A stretch of 64,000 nt of DNA. Source: a virus. Where the stretch lies: the IMG/VR virus record IMGVR_UViG_3300028845_000030. One strand, written 5' to 3'. Within the stretch, counting starts at the first letter, position 1; each line of letters starts with the position of its first letter. Both the position numbers and the translations under genes were made by a program. Under the pieces are notes generated by a model. That model did not search any database and was not told the origin of the DNA. It was given only the letters and a program-made list of their open reading frames with translations. Shown in pieces: positions 40,814 through 49,026 of the stretch.

Positions 40814-42856
40814 TTATATATTATCTCCTGTCCAGGAGGTTAGTTTATGTTTAGTAAAATGTGCTTTTCTAAAAAATGGATCTATGTCCACCAGTTTTTT
40901 TACTTCCTGATTAACCAGAGTTTCGTGCATTTCTTTTGATTGTAATATACAAAGCATAAAGGCAATCACTCTATCAAAGTTTCCTTCTCTATCATATGCT
41001 ATCATTTCCTTTAAAAGAGGAATAGATAGAATAGTGTGAAGGTTTAATATTTTTCTTCCGTTTATATCTGTTCTTTCTTCAAGACACCATTGTTTTAAAT
41101 ATAGTTCACATTGATCTTTAATACCTGATGATCCTTGTGATCCTCTATTCATGTGAATACCATATCCACGTTGTACCTTACTATCTTTAACAATATCCTT
41201 AATCATATTGTTAGGTTGTTCCCACAAATAATGTAAACAATGTTTTTCAAGGAAATAGTTTTTAAGTCCTTTTAACATGTTTTCATATAAACACTTTGCA
41301 TTATAATACATACAAAGTCTTCTGCAATTCTCATAGAAGCTATCAGCTAATTCTGGTCTTCCTGTATATTCTGCTACTATCTGGTTATATGATTGTCCAG
41401 CCAGTTTAAATGTTTTATAAACAAAGAAGCTTCCTAAAGATTCACTTGTTTCTGCTTTATCCTGATCATATGGGTCACAACCTGCTATATAAAGTCCATA
41501 TGGATTGTTTTCTCCTATTGACTCTGGATGTTCCCATATAACAATACATCCTTCTTTACTATCATTCTTTTTTAAAGGATAGTCTGTTATAGCTATCAGA
41601 TCACCATTTAATTTCCATTTTAATTTATTTTCATGGTCAAAATATAATTCTCCTTTTTGACCTTTACTTTGTAGTTCTTTAGATGTTTCTATATTAGCTA
41701 AATGTTCTTGTAATTCAGCTGTAGGAAATACACTTCCTTTGGTTCTTAAAAATGCCTCAGAAGGTGTTAGTGGATATTGAGTTATAGCATCTCTTACAGC
41801 TTTAGCATCACTACCCTTATTTTTTATTTCTCTAAGATTATCAATTGTTATTCTTGATAGTTCTTCATTTGAATTACCATCATCATCAACTAATTGTTCT
41901 CTGATTCTTATTTCTTTACCACCTATATCTATACTTCCTAACCTACCTCTTGTTGCTGGAAGAAACCATCCACATGTTGTTCCCTCCTTACCCTGATCCC
42001 ATTTATTATCAAAAGCCAGAAGATTATATTTTTCTGGATTATAGAACATTTCATGGAAATCTCTTGTTCCACCTTCCATATCACCACCTGTTCCATAGAT
42101 GATGGGAATACCTATTACATCCTCACCATCTCTCCAACAAGGTTCTGATAAGTTATATGCCTCTATGAGATTATCAAACTTACCTGCTTCTTCCCAAAGG
42201 AATAAACCACATGATCTACCAATAGCAGCTGAAGGATTATCCTTGAATGACAGACATTCAGCATCTGACATATATCCTTTCCAGATTTTTACACCATCTA
42301 CATCTACCTGATGTCTTGCTTTAATGTAATATTGTGTATCTGGATTTCTTGGTTTAATCCATTCTGTATTTGCATTTAAGAAGTTTAAATTGTTTAACAC
42401 CATTTTCATAGTGTTTTCACCATACATTGATGGATTACTTCCAATTAAACAGCTACTATCTCTAAAGAAGTTATATTCATGTGTTACAAGAGCAGCATTC
42501 TTATAAGAGAATCCTGTTCTTCTTGGTTTAACTAATATAACACCCTTCTTTTCTCTTCTTGCCTGGTCTATTATTTGGAAGAAATCATAATCTATATCTA
42601 AGAATCTTGGAAAGTTTTTAGTTTTCCTACCTGTTTCTTCATTTTTAGAAAGGATCTGGACAAAATTAAGATAGAAATAATGAGCACCAGTAATCCAAAG
42701 TCCATCTTTATTTTTTATTCCAAATTTACAATTATAATCCTGTTCTTTCCAATATTCTATAAATGGTATAGATCCTTTAGGAAACTTTGTATATACACCA
42801 TGTTTCTCAAAGTATATAGCAGGTTCTCTAAAATCATTTGTATTTCTAAACTTCAT
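40814..42856 (-). CDS. terL: Terminase large subunit
   Basis: 680 aa. Walker-B-like GLFLWEEAGKF, a GTGGDM coupling motif, and a C-terminal RNase-H-like nuclease Asp cluster (AGCDPYDQD). Confidence 0.88.
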   Translation of the reverse strand: MKFRNTNDFREPAIYFEKHGVYTKFPKGSIPFIEYWKEQDYNCKFGIKNKDGLWITGAHYFYLNFVQILSKNEETGRKTKNFPRFLDIDYDFFQIIDQARREKKGVILVKPRRTGFSYKNAALVTHEYNFFRDSSCLIGSNPSMYGENTMKMVLNNLNFLNANTEWIKPRNPDTQYYIKARHQVDVDGVKIWKGYMSDAECLSFKDNPSAAIGRSCGLFLWEEAGKFDNLIEAYNLSEPCWRDGEDVIGIPIIYGTGGDMEGGTRDFHEMFYNPEKYNLLAFDNKWDQGKEGTTCGWFLPATRGRLGSIDIGGKEIRIREQLVDDDGNSNEELSRITIDNLREIKNKGSDAKAVRDAITQYPLTPSEAFLRTKGSVFPTAELQEHLANIETSKELQSKGQKGELYFDHENKLKWKLNGDLIAITDYPLKKNDSKEGCIVIWEHPESIGENNPYGLYIAGCDPYDQDKAETSESLGSFFVYKTFKLAGQSYNQIVAEYTGRPELADSFYENCRRLCMYYNAKCLYENMLKGLKNYFLEKHCLHYLWEQPNNMIKDIVKDSKVQRGYGIHMNRGSQGSSGIKDQCELYLKQWCLEERTDINGRKILNLHTILSIPLLKEMIAYDREGNFDRVIAFMLCILQSKEMHETLVNQEVKKLVDIDPFFRKAHFTKHKLTSWTGDNI

Positions 42857-43058
42857 GTAAGAGTTTATTTACAATCTTTTCAAGTCTGTTTAATCTGTCT
42901 TCTACTGATTCTTCAGCATGTGGAACAAGCCATTTATTAATCACCATATAATCAAAATCCAGATTCATAGAATCAAATAGTTCTATCCATCCTTCTTTTG
43001 TATCCAGATCTACATCTCCACTTCCTGGTATGTCCTTTACTTTTCTATATAGTGTCAT
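42846..43058 (-). CDS. Hypothetical small protein
   Basis: 70-aa ORF. Overlaps the TerL start by 11 nt. Confidence 0.5.
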   Translation of the reverse strand: MTLYRKVKDIPGSGDVDLDTKEGWIELFDSMNLDFDYMVINKWLVPHAEESVEDRLNRLEKIVNKLLHEV

Positions 43059-43260
43059 TATATTGATTCTTAGTTATCCAAAATCCACTATCTTCATATC
43101 TAACTTCTATATAATTATATTTAGTTATTTCTTTTTTCTTTTCTTTTGCTTTAAGTATTATTTTTCTACTTAAATCAGGAAATACTTCTTTAAACTGATT
43201 ATAATTATACTTAGCAAATGGAGGCTGTTCTTCCCAACCTATTAAAATTAATTCTCTCAT
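43045..43260 (-). CDS. Hypothetical small protein
   Basis: 71-aa ORF with overlapping starts and stops consistent with coupled translation. Confidence 0.5.
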   Translation of the reverse strand: MRELILIGWEEQPPFAKYNYNQFKEVFPDLSRKIILKAKEKKKEITKYNYIEVRYEDSGFWITKNQYNDTI

Positions 43261-43793
43261 TATTCTGAAAATTGACCTAATGTTTGATTACCTCTAACTG
43301 TTGTCTTCTGTGTTATTTCTTTTTTAACTCTTTCTTCCAAGTTATTTAAACTCTCTATTGTCTTACCAATATCTGCTGTAGCTTTTTGAACTGCTGCTGC
43401 TTTCTTTAATTCAAACTCTGGATCTCCATTAGGATCAAATTTAAGAGTGCGGAAATATTCACTTAGTCTATCTATAAGTCCTCTTGTAGAATCTAATAGT
43501 CTTGAAGATCTTGTAACACTGTATTCTTCATATTTCTTTATAGCTTCCAGAACCTGTTCAGATTCTTTCCACTTTTTGTCTTTAATAATGTCTTTGATAA
43601 TGTTCTCTCTTCTTTCTTCTCTAGGATATCCAATGTAAGGACTTTTATTATCTACTAGGTAGAATATGAATGAGAGAAGCTTCATTGCCTCCTCTTTACT
43701 TTTTGACTTATCAGCTTCCCATATCACCTTAAACCAAGGTAATGAGAGAACATTAGGATCAAAGACTATTTTATTATTACTAAATTGAAACAT
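43260..43793 (-). CDS. Hypothetical protein (small terminase possible, by position only)
   Basis: 177-aa helical K/E-rich ORF upstream of terL. No motif support. Confidence 0.55.
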   Translation of the reverse strand: MFQFSNNKIVFDPNVLSLPWFKVIWEADKSKSKEEAMKLLSFIFYLVDNKSPYIGYPREERRENIIKDIIKDKKWKESEQVLEAIKKYEEYSVTRSSRLLDSTRGLIDRLSEYFRTLKFDPNGDPEFELKKAAAVQKATADIGKTIESLNNLEERVKKEITQKTTVRGNQTLGQFSE

Positions 43794-43832
43794 TTCCTTC
43801 TTTACTTATTTTTCCCCTATCCTGTGAATTAT

Positions 43833-44141
43833 TCACAAAGTTCTATTCTTGTATCTAAATCCTATTGGTTTGTTTGTATTAAATCTACTAACCATATTAT
43901 ATATGTTTGAATAGGATGTTTTAACAACTATTTGTTTCTCTCCACATTCAATCATACATATGTTTTTTAATATCTTTCCTTTATCACTTGTTAATTCTTC
44001 TATACTTGTTATATCATGAAGATTAATTGATTTTCTCTTCAAGATGTTTTTCTTGATTATTTTAGACTTACCTTCTTTATCAGGTGGTCCCCATATATCT
44101 ACTAATATTTTAAATTCTCTCACCATTTTCCTTTTGGACAT
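43833..44141 (-). CDS. Hypothetical protein
   Basis: 102-aa basic ORF. Confidence 0.55.
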   Translation of the reverse strand: MSKRKMVREFKILVDIWGPPDKEGKSKIIKKNILKRKSINLHDITSIEELTSDKGKILKNICMIECGEKQIVVKTSYSNIYNMVSRFNTNKPIGFRYKNRTL

Positions 44142-44365
44142 TTACATGTTTCACATAACACTTTAGCTTCTATTACGCATCCACATCCCCCTTTTTCCTT
44201 ACTACAGATTTTTCCAAATCTAATTGGACAACTGTTACATATCTTTCTTCTCTTTGCTGCCAGCTTCTGTAACTCTGTTCTGTATATCCCCATTTTTTCT
44301 ATAAGGAGATTTCCCCATCCTTTCAATATTTCCATTAGGACGACCCCTATTTTTCCTTTTTTCAT
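44120..44365 (-). CDS. Cys-rich zinc-binding-like small protein
   Basis: Contains CNSCP...CSKEKGGCGC...CETCKCP. Its first 131 nt overlap the 3' part of ORF 44235..44546 in another frame. Confidence 0.5.
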   Translation of the reverse strand: MKKGKIGVVLMEILKGWGNLLIEKMGIYRTELQKLAAKRRKICNSCPIRFGKICSKEKGGCGCVIEAKVLCETCKCPKGKW

Positions 44366-44546
44366 TTACTATAAACTTTCCTAAATGTTTTAATTTAATG
44401 TTTGAAAAATCACCATTTGATATTTCATCTACTAAAAACTCAAATTGGCTTCTTAATATAACTTCAGCTTCTTTGTCTGTTAATTTATATTTCTTTGCTA
44501 TAATAGGTATTAAATCACTTAAATGATCTCTAGTTAATCTGCTCAT
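44235..44546 (-). CDS. HU/IHF-like small DNA-binding protein (tentative)
   Basis: The N-terminal roughly 65 aa (KLTDKEAEVILRSQFEFLVDEISNG...IKLKHLGKFIV) resemble the HU-fold pattern. The K/R-rich C-terminal tail overlaps the next ORF and may not all be real. Confidence 0.4.
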   Translation of the reverse strand: MSRLTRDHLSDLIPIIAKKYKLTDKEAEVILRSQFEFLVDEISNGDFSNIKLKHLGKFIVNEKRKNRGRPNGNIERMGKSPYRKNGDIQNRVTEAGSKEKKDM

Positions 44547-44718
44547 ACATAGACAAATGTTTTATTATTAACATATTTGTACTTTCTTCTTTCTCTATTG
44601 TATATGTAAATGTTGGATGTCTGCTTTTAAATAGTTTAAATTTACTTGATATTCTTTCTTCACGTATTAATAAATCAGCTGCATCATCACACTTCACTTG
44701 GAACACTGTTATATTCAT
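44530..44718 (-). CDS. Hypothetical small protein
   Basis: 62-aa ORF in the operon. Confidence 0.45.
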   Translation of the reverse strand: MNITVFQVKCDDAADLLIREERISSKFKLFKSRHPTFTYTIEKEESTNMLIIKHLSMYEQIN

Positions 44719-45067
44719 TTGGTTTTGCTACATCAGATAATCTTTCACCTGTTATGTGAAATGTCACCTTAATAGTCTTGTTAGCAATATTATTAATCAT
44801 CTGTGGATTTAAAATAAGTCCTCCCTTTATCTTAATCAATGTGTTGCTCTTTTTTAAAGAGAGAATCATGTTATTAAAAGCATGTTGACTCTTTCCTGTC
44901 AATTCTCTTATTGTTCTTCTAGACTCTCTTGTGAGGGTCATTATGTCATTTTCAAGCATACAGGCTATTACTTCTAATTCACTCTTAGTTAACCCTAGAA
45001 AGGCATTAATGACTTTGAGGAATCCTTTGTAATAGTTTTCTCTTGATATTGGTATGTTAATTTCCAT
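44687..45067 (-). CDS. Winged-helix-like putative transcription regulator
   Basis: 126 aa. The segment LTKSELEVIACMLEND...RTIRELTGKSQHAFNNMILSLKKSNTL fits an HTH / winged-helix pattern. First gene after the tRNA. Confidence 0.4.
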   Translation of the reverse strand: MEINIPISRENYYKGFLKVINAFLGLTKSELEVIACMLENDIMTLTRESRRTIRELTGKSQHAFNNMILSLKKSNTLIKIKGGLILNPQMINNIANKTIKVTFHITGERLSDVAKPNEYNSVPSEV

Positions 45068-45090
45068 TTTCCTTTAATTTTTTTATTTTG

Positions 45091-45163
45091 AGCTTTCTAT
45101 AGGAATTGAACCTACAACCTTAGCTTTACAAAAGCTCTGCTCTACCAGTTGAGCTAAGAAAGC
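45091..45163 (-). tRNA. tRNA-Thr (anticodon UGU)
   Basis: Hand-folded cloverleaf. The 7-bp acceptor stem is GCTTTCT/AGAAAGC. The D stem is GCTC/GAGC. The anticodon loop is TTTGTAA. The T arm is GTAGG-TTCAATT-CCTAT. Length 73 nt, with no encoded CCA. Confidence 0.85.
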
Positions 45164-45598
45164 TTATTATATAATATAACGATTATAGTTGATATATCCT
45201 AATTTTTTATGACTTATTTTCTATAATTCTTTTTGTTATGTTTTTTAGTTATTAAACACAGCTATCCCCTTAGCATCTAATCCTGTTTAAATTAAACCTT
45301 ATTGTATAGTTGGTATTTAGCCCAATTCCTACTATTTCCTTGCTCTCTGGCTGTAGGTCCTATCTTTTAGTTTAATCTATTTTTTGTACTATCGGGGATT
45401 ACAGGTTTTACCTTTTTTCACCATCATCATTTCTGGAGGCTACTCATACTACCCAACTTCTGCCCTGCTCAATATAACTGTAAATTTAACCAGTATTGTT
45501 ACAGAGGATCTTCTTTTTAAGAAGGTACACTACTAATATAACACTTTTTTATGAGAAATCCAAATTTATTTTTAATATTTGGTATAAACTATTGATAA

Positions 45599-45847
45599 TC
45601 AGTTGAAATCATTTTCTTCCATTTTTAGACTTTCTCTTCTTTCTACTAGATTATTCATTTTCAGCTTAAATTCTGTATAAGCTTCCTCTACCATTTCTTC
45701 TAATGGATCATATTTAAGTCTTCTTACACCTTCTTTTAAATAGATGGTTCCATCAGGCCATACCCCTAATATTTCATCATCATAGTAGTTTTTTGATTTT
45801 GTCTTAGGTCTATATAAGCTAATATGCTCATTTTCAATATTTTCCAT
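45599..45847 (-). CDS. Hypothetical small protein
   Basis: 82-aa acidic ORF. Confidence 0.55.
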   Translation of the reverse strand: MENIENEHISLYRPKTKSKNYYDDEILGVWPDGTIYLKEGVRRLKYDPLEEMVEEAYTEFKLKMNNLVERRESLKMEENDFN

Positions 45848-45849
45848 AA

Positions 45850-46146
45850 TTAATATTTGCTTGTTTTAAGGATTTGATGTAAAGCTTTAGAGAATGTATC
45901 TACAAATTTCTCATCATTAGAGAGATGTTCATATGAAAGGTGGTCCAGTATAGCATGGACTATTTCATGGCAGTAGGTTTGTTCTATTGAGTCAGCACTC
46001 CTACCGTGAGTGGATAGTTTAATAGTGTTATTGTCAGGATTCCATTCTCCTAATGATTTACCTTTGTCTATTAGTTTAACTAGTTTAATCTTATGGAGTT
46101 CTCCAAATAGATTAAATGATTTTGGTATTTTTAGCTGTTGTTCCAT
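45850..46146 (-). CDS. Small HExxH protein (ImmA/IrrE- or SprT-like zincin, tentative)
   Basis: Contains TYCHEIVHAILDH, an HExxH motif. 98 aa. A canonical host-type promoter lies just upstream. Confidence 0.45.
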   Translation of the reverse strand: MEQQLKIPKSFNLFGELHKIKLVKLIDKGKSLGEWNPDNNTIKLSTHGRSADSIEQTYCHEIVHAILDHLSYEHLSNDEKFVDTFSKALHQILKTSKY

Positions 46147-46163
46147 TATGTTTGTTTATGTGT

Positions 46164-46194
46164 CAAAGATAATCAATTAGTTGGAAATTCCAAA
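46164..46194 (-). promoter_or_regulatory. Bacteroidetes sigma-A type promoter (-33 TTTG, -7 TAnnTTTG)
   Basis: The minus strand reads TTTG, then 19 nt, then TATCTTTG. The box ends 17 nt upstream of the ATG at 46146. Confidence 0.6.
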
Positions 46195-46380
46195 TAAAAA
46201 GTTATATTCTATTTTATCAAATATTTCTTTATATATTTTGTCTTGAGTTTCAAAGTTATGCTTATCACAAAAGCTCATCCACTGACTAAAATCACCATAT
46301 GTCCTGGTTGCTTTTTCTCCACATTGATAACAACATCCCCAAGTCTTTTTACTTAATTCTAAATCACTAAATTTTTTCAT
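46177..46380 (-). CDS. Small zinc-ribbon-like protein
   Basis: Cys pattern CCYQCG...CDKH. The track start at 46386 is a TTG codon, so the in-frame ATG at 46380 is the more plausible start. Confidence 0.5.
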   Translation of the reverse strand: MKKFSDLELSKKTWGCCYQCGEKATRTYGDFSQWMSFCDKHNFETQDKIYKEIFDKIEYNFLFGISN

Positions 46381-46416
46381 ATACAAATATAGAATAAAAA
46401 TTTGAAATAAAAAAAT

Positions 46417-46596
46417 TTATTTAATATTATTAATACCCCATTCAGGAGGTCCTTTAACTAGGGTTACTATTGTTGGATTTTCTTCCTCAAACCATCCTGT
46501 AAAATAACCTTTATTATCATAAATAGGATCATACCAATGATAGGTTATCCATTTTTCAGTTTCTTCTATTATTTTACTTCCTCTGTCTATTTTCAT
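46417..46596 (-). CDS. Hypothetical 59-aa protein (below the ORF-track cutoff)
   Basis: Translated by hand as MKIDRGSKIIEETEKWITYHWYDPIYDNKGYFTGWFEEENPTIVTLVKGPPEWGINNIK. The ATG lies 1 nt after the stop of the upstream gene and the ORF fills an otherwise empty gap. Confidence 0.5.
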   Translation of the reverse strand: MKIDRGSKIIEETEKWITYHWYDPIYDNKGYFTGWFEEENPTIVTLVKGPPEWGINNIK

Positions 46597-46597
46597 A

Positions 46598-47014
46598 TTA
46601 TTTGTGTTTTTCTAGGTAGGCTATCATTGATTTAAGGATTTCTATATCTTCATTTACTTTTCCTAATACAGTATTACACTTTGTACAAAGTAATTCTCTA
46701 ACTTTTCCTGTGGAATGATTATGATCTACTGCTAATTTTCTAGGTTCTAGTCTGGTTGATGAACAATTGGTTTTTTCTTCATTGTTGCAAATAGCGCATT
46801 TACTGTTTTGTCTATTTAATAATATTAAATAATCTTCATTAGTTATTCCATATTTCTTTTTCATTTTATACTGTCTCTGTCTTTCCCACTCTTTATTTGG
46901 ATCTTTCATTCTTCTATCATTTCTTCTTTTATTTTGACATTTCTTACATTCTGTTCTACTTTTATAAAATTTATATTGTTCTTTTTCTAAATTACATTTA
47001 ATACATTTTTTCAT
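46598..47014 (-). CDS. Recombination endonuclease VII family protein (T4 gp49-like / HNH-type)
   Basis: Contains CAICN...LAVDHNHSTGKVRELLCTKCNTVLG, the endonuclease VII signature. Confidence 0.8.
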   Translation of the reverse strand: MKKCIKCNLEKEQYKFYKSRTECKKCQNKRRNDRRMKDPNKEWERQRQYKMKKKYGITNEDYLILLNRQNSKCAICNNEEKTNCSSTRLEPRKLAVDHNHSTGKVRELLCTKCNTVLGKVNEDIEILKSMIAYLEKHK

Positions 47015-47171
47015 ATTGTAAAGATAAGAATAATTTTTTAAAATAAAAATTTTAAAAATATTTTATGTAAACATGTTTTCAATCCTCCCCCTAATGACTC
47101 CCCCTCCTACTTCTGGCAGAAAAAGTGTATGCCCTCAAATCCTAATGCAAACCATTTAAAACCCTATTCCT

Positions 47172-47438
47172 ATGAAAACTTTCAAAGTGCTACAATCTAA
47201 TCCCAACAAAAAGGGAGGATTTGTTACCAAACTTCAGGCTGAAACTAAAGTTGATGCTGGTGTGTTTGGTGAGAAGATTAAAAAGGAAACTTATTACATC
47301 TCTGCTGAAAAGCAATTAGAGGTGGGATTGGTTATTCCTGAGAAGGATATATTCCCTATGTTCAGAGTGGAAGAACATCCTATGATTAACCCTGAAACCC
47401 AAGAAGAGTTTATGGGCAAATGGTTACATTTAGCTTAA
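47172..47438 (+). CDS. Hypothetical early protein
   Basis: 88-aa ORF, the first gene of the rightward arm. Followed by a terminator hairpin. Confidence 0.65.
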   Translation: MKTFKVLQSNPNKKGGFVTKLQAETKVDAGVFGEKIKKETYYISAEKQLEVGLVIPEKDIFPMFRVEEHPMINPETQEEFMGKWLHLA

Positions 47439-47448
47439 ACAACACAAT

Positions 47449-47478
47449 GCCAACAGGTGTAATAGCCTGTTGGTTTTA
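47449..47478 (+). terminator. Rho-independent terminator
   Basis: Stem GCCAACAGG / CCTGTTGG with loop TGTAATAG, followed by TTTTA. Confidence 0.6.
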
Positions 47479-47502
47479 CAAACCCTTTAAACAACAAACA
47501 AC

Positions 47503-47595
47503 ATGAAACAATTCTCACCATCAGAGAAAGCAAGAGTTATTATTGTATTTATACTTATAGCTGTTGCATCAGTGGCAAGTGTATTTGCACATTAA
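47503..47595 (+). CDS. 30-aa single-TM peptide (below the ORF cutoff)
   Basis: Sequence MKQFSPSEKARVIIVFILIAVASVASVFAH. Preceded by the shared upstream motif. Confidence 0.4.
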   Translation: MKQFSPSEKARVIIVFILIAVASVASVFAH

Positions 47596-47624
47596 TTATT
47601 AACAATTTAAAACCCACAATTCCT

Positions 47625-47807
47625 ATGGATTTCTTTCACACTAATATTAAAAGGGGATCTGATGATCTTAAAGGTTATGATCTTCCTAAATCTGTTCATA
47701 AAGCTAATAGCAAGAATGGATTAAATACTCTTGATCAGACAGTTATTAAATCAAGAGGTAAATCAAAGTTTATTGGACTTGAAAGTTTTCGTAAATTTGG
47801 TATTTAA
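47625..47807 (+). CDS. Hypothetical small basic protein
   Basis: 60-aa ORF preceded by the shared upstream motif. Confidence 0.5.
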   Translation: MDFFHTNIKRGSDDLKGYDLPKSVHKANSKNGLNTLDQTVIKSRGKSKFIGLESFRKFGI

Positions 47808-47968
47808 GAAGCTATAACAATAGTAATAAGTTTCATCCCAGCTCTTTATAGATCTGGTCAATACCTAAGCTATTGTTATAAGTGCTGAATATGTTTGACC
47901 CTGTGTGAAATGTGCTCAGAAGTCCAGTCCTAATAGAATGAAGAAGCTGTTAGGCTGGACTATTTTTT
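47808..47968 (+). ncRNA. Candidate small structured RNA or structured 3' UTR ending in a terminator
   Basis: An 11-bp stem TATAACAATAG / CTATTGTTATA lies at about 47815..47825 and 47861..47871. A terminator stem AGTCCAG(T)CCTAA / TTAGGCTGGACT (47920..47960) is followed by ATTTTTT. Confidence 0.3.
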
Positions 47969-48020
47969 AAATCTACCGAATGAACGCAGTGAATGGTAGG
48001 AACTAAAACTCAACTAATCT

Positions 48021-48173
48021 ATGAAAATACATAAGATCAAATTCTACATTAGTCCAAATGGACTATTTGTAAAGCTAGATGAAGATAAAGAATATCTTGT
48101 GTCTGGTGTTAAAGCTTTTCCTATAGTTGATATAACAACTAAGAAAAGAAGAAAAGTATTAATATTCAACTAA
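48021..48173 (+). CDS. Hypothetical 50-aa protein (below cutoff)
   Basis: Hand-translated as MKIHKIKFYISPNGLFVKLDEDKEYLVSGVKAFPIVDITTKKRRKVLIFN. Confidence 0.4.
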   Translation: MKIHKIKFYISPNGLFVKLDEDKEYLVSGVKAFPIVDITTKKRRKVLIFN

Positions 48174-48184
48174 TTCTATAATAA

Positions 48185-48343
48185 ATGGAACCATCTATTG
48201 TACCAATTGAATGGTTGTTTCTAATAGGAGCAATCAGTTATCTTCTATATAGGCTATATAAGTTCATTATAAGATGTTTAGAAGAGAATAAGCCAGATTA
48301 TATGTCTGATGAAGATAAAGATGAATTAGAAGGACTCTGGTAG
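48185..48343 (+). CDS. 52-aa single-TM protein (below cutoff)
   Basis: Sequence MEPSIVPIEWLFLIGAISYLLYRLYKFII... with an acidic C-terminus. Confidence 0.4.
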   Translation: MEPSIVPIEWLFLIGAISYLLYRLYKFIIRCLEENKPDYMSDEDKDELEGLW

Positions 48344-48373
48344 ATCTATTAACAATTAAAAATCCCAATAGCT

Positions 48374-48589
48374 ATGAAACATTATAACCAGGCACTACAA
48401 CATCATTTAGCTTTAGAAGCTAATACAACACCTATTGGGAGTGTGTGCATATTTCCCAGTGAGTTTTTGCAGTGTGGATTAGTTGTTATTCCTAAGAAGA
48501 ATGAGCAATTAACTTATGTTTGCTTTGTTTATGCTAATTGTGTAGATAATTTTAGTAAGACTGAGAGCAAATTAATTGGAATGAACTGA
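48374..48589 (+). CDS. Hypothetical protein
   Basis: 71-aa ORF preceded by the shared upstream motif. Confidence 0.55.
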   Translation: MKHYNQALQHHLALEANTTPIGSVCIFPSEFLQCGLVVIPKKNEQLTYVCFVYANCVDNFSKTESKLIGMN

Positions 48590-49026
48590 TTATCAAGGGA
48601 ATGTGAGTGTGTTTGGCTTGTGTTCTCTTGATACAGTATCCATCAATACCTTTATTACTAATTACCAACAATCCTCATTTTACCTAAAGCCTACATTAAT
48701 ATAGTCTTTTTAACTTATAATGCACCACAACTCACGTAGATATAAAGACTTCTTAATCGCCTGCCGTAAGGCTATGTTAGGGGTTAAGATGTGAAACTAC
48801 CTGATTAATATCTAATATAGATAAAATAGCTTATTAGGATATAAATAACTAAGGACACTACTAGAGTAAACCTTATATTAATCAGCTCCCAAGGGTGAGC
48901 AGTTGTAATTTACACACTGAGATTTTGAGTGAATCTTGTTCAATATGAACAAAGTAGATAGTAAATTACAACTGAGTGCAGAGGGATTTTAATTAATATT
49001 CTAACCTTTTAACATCCAAAACTACT

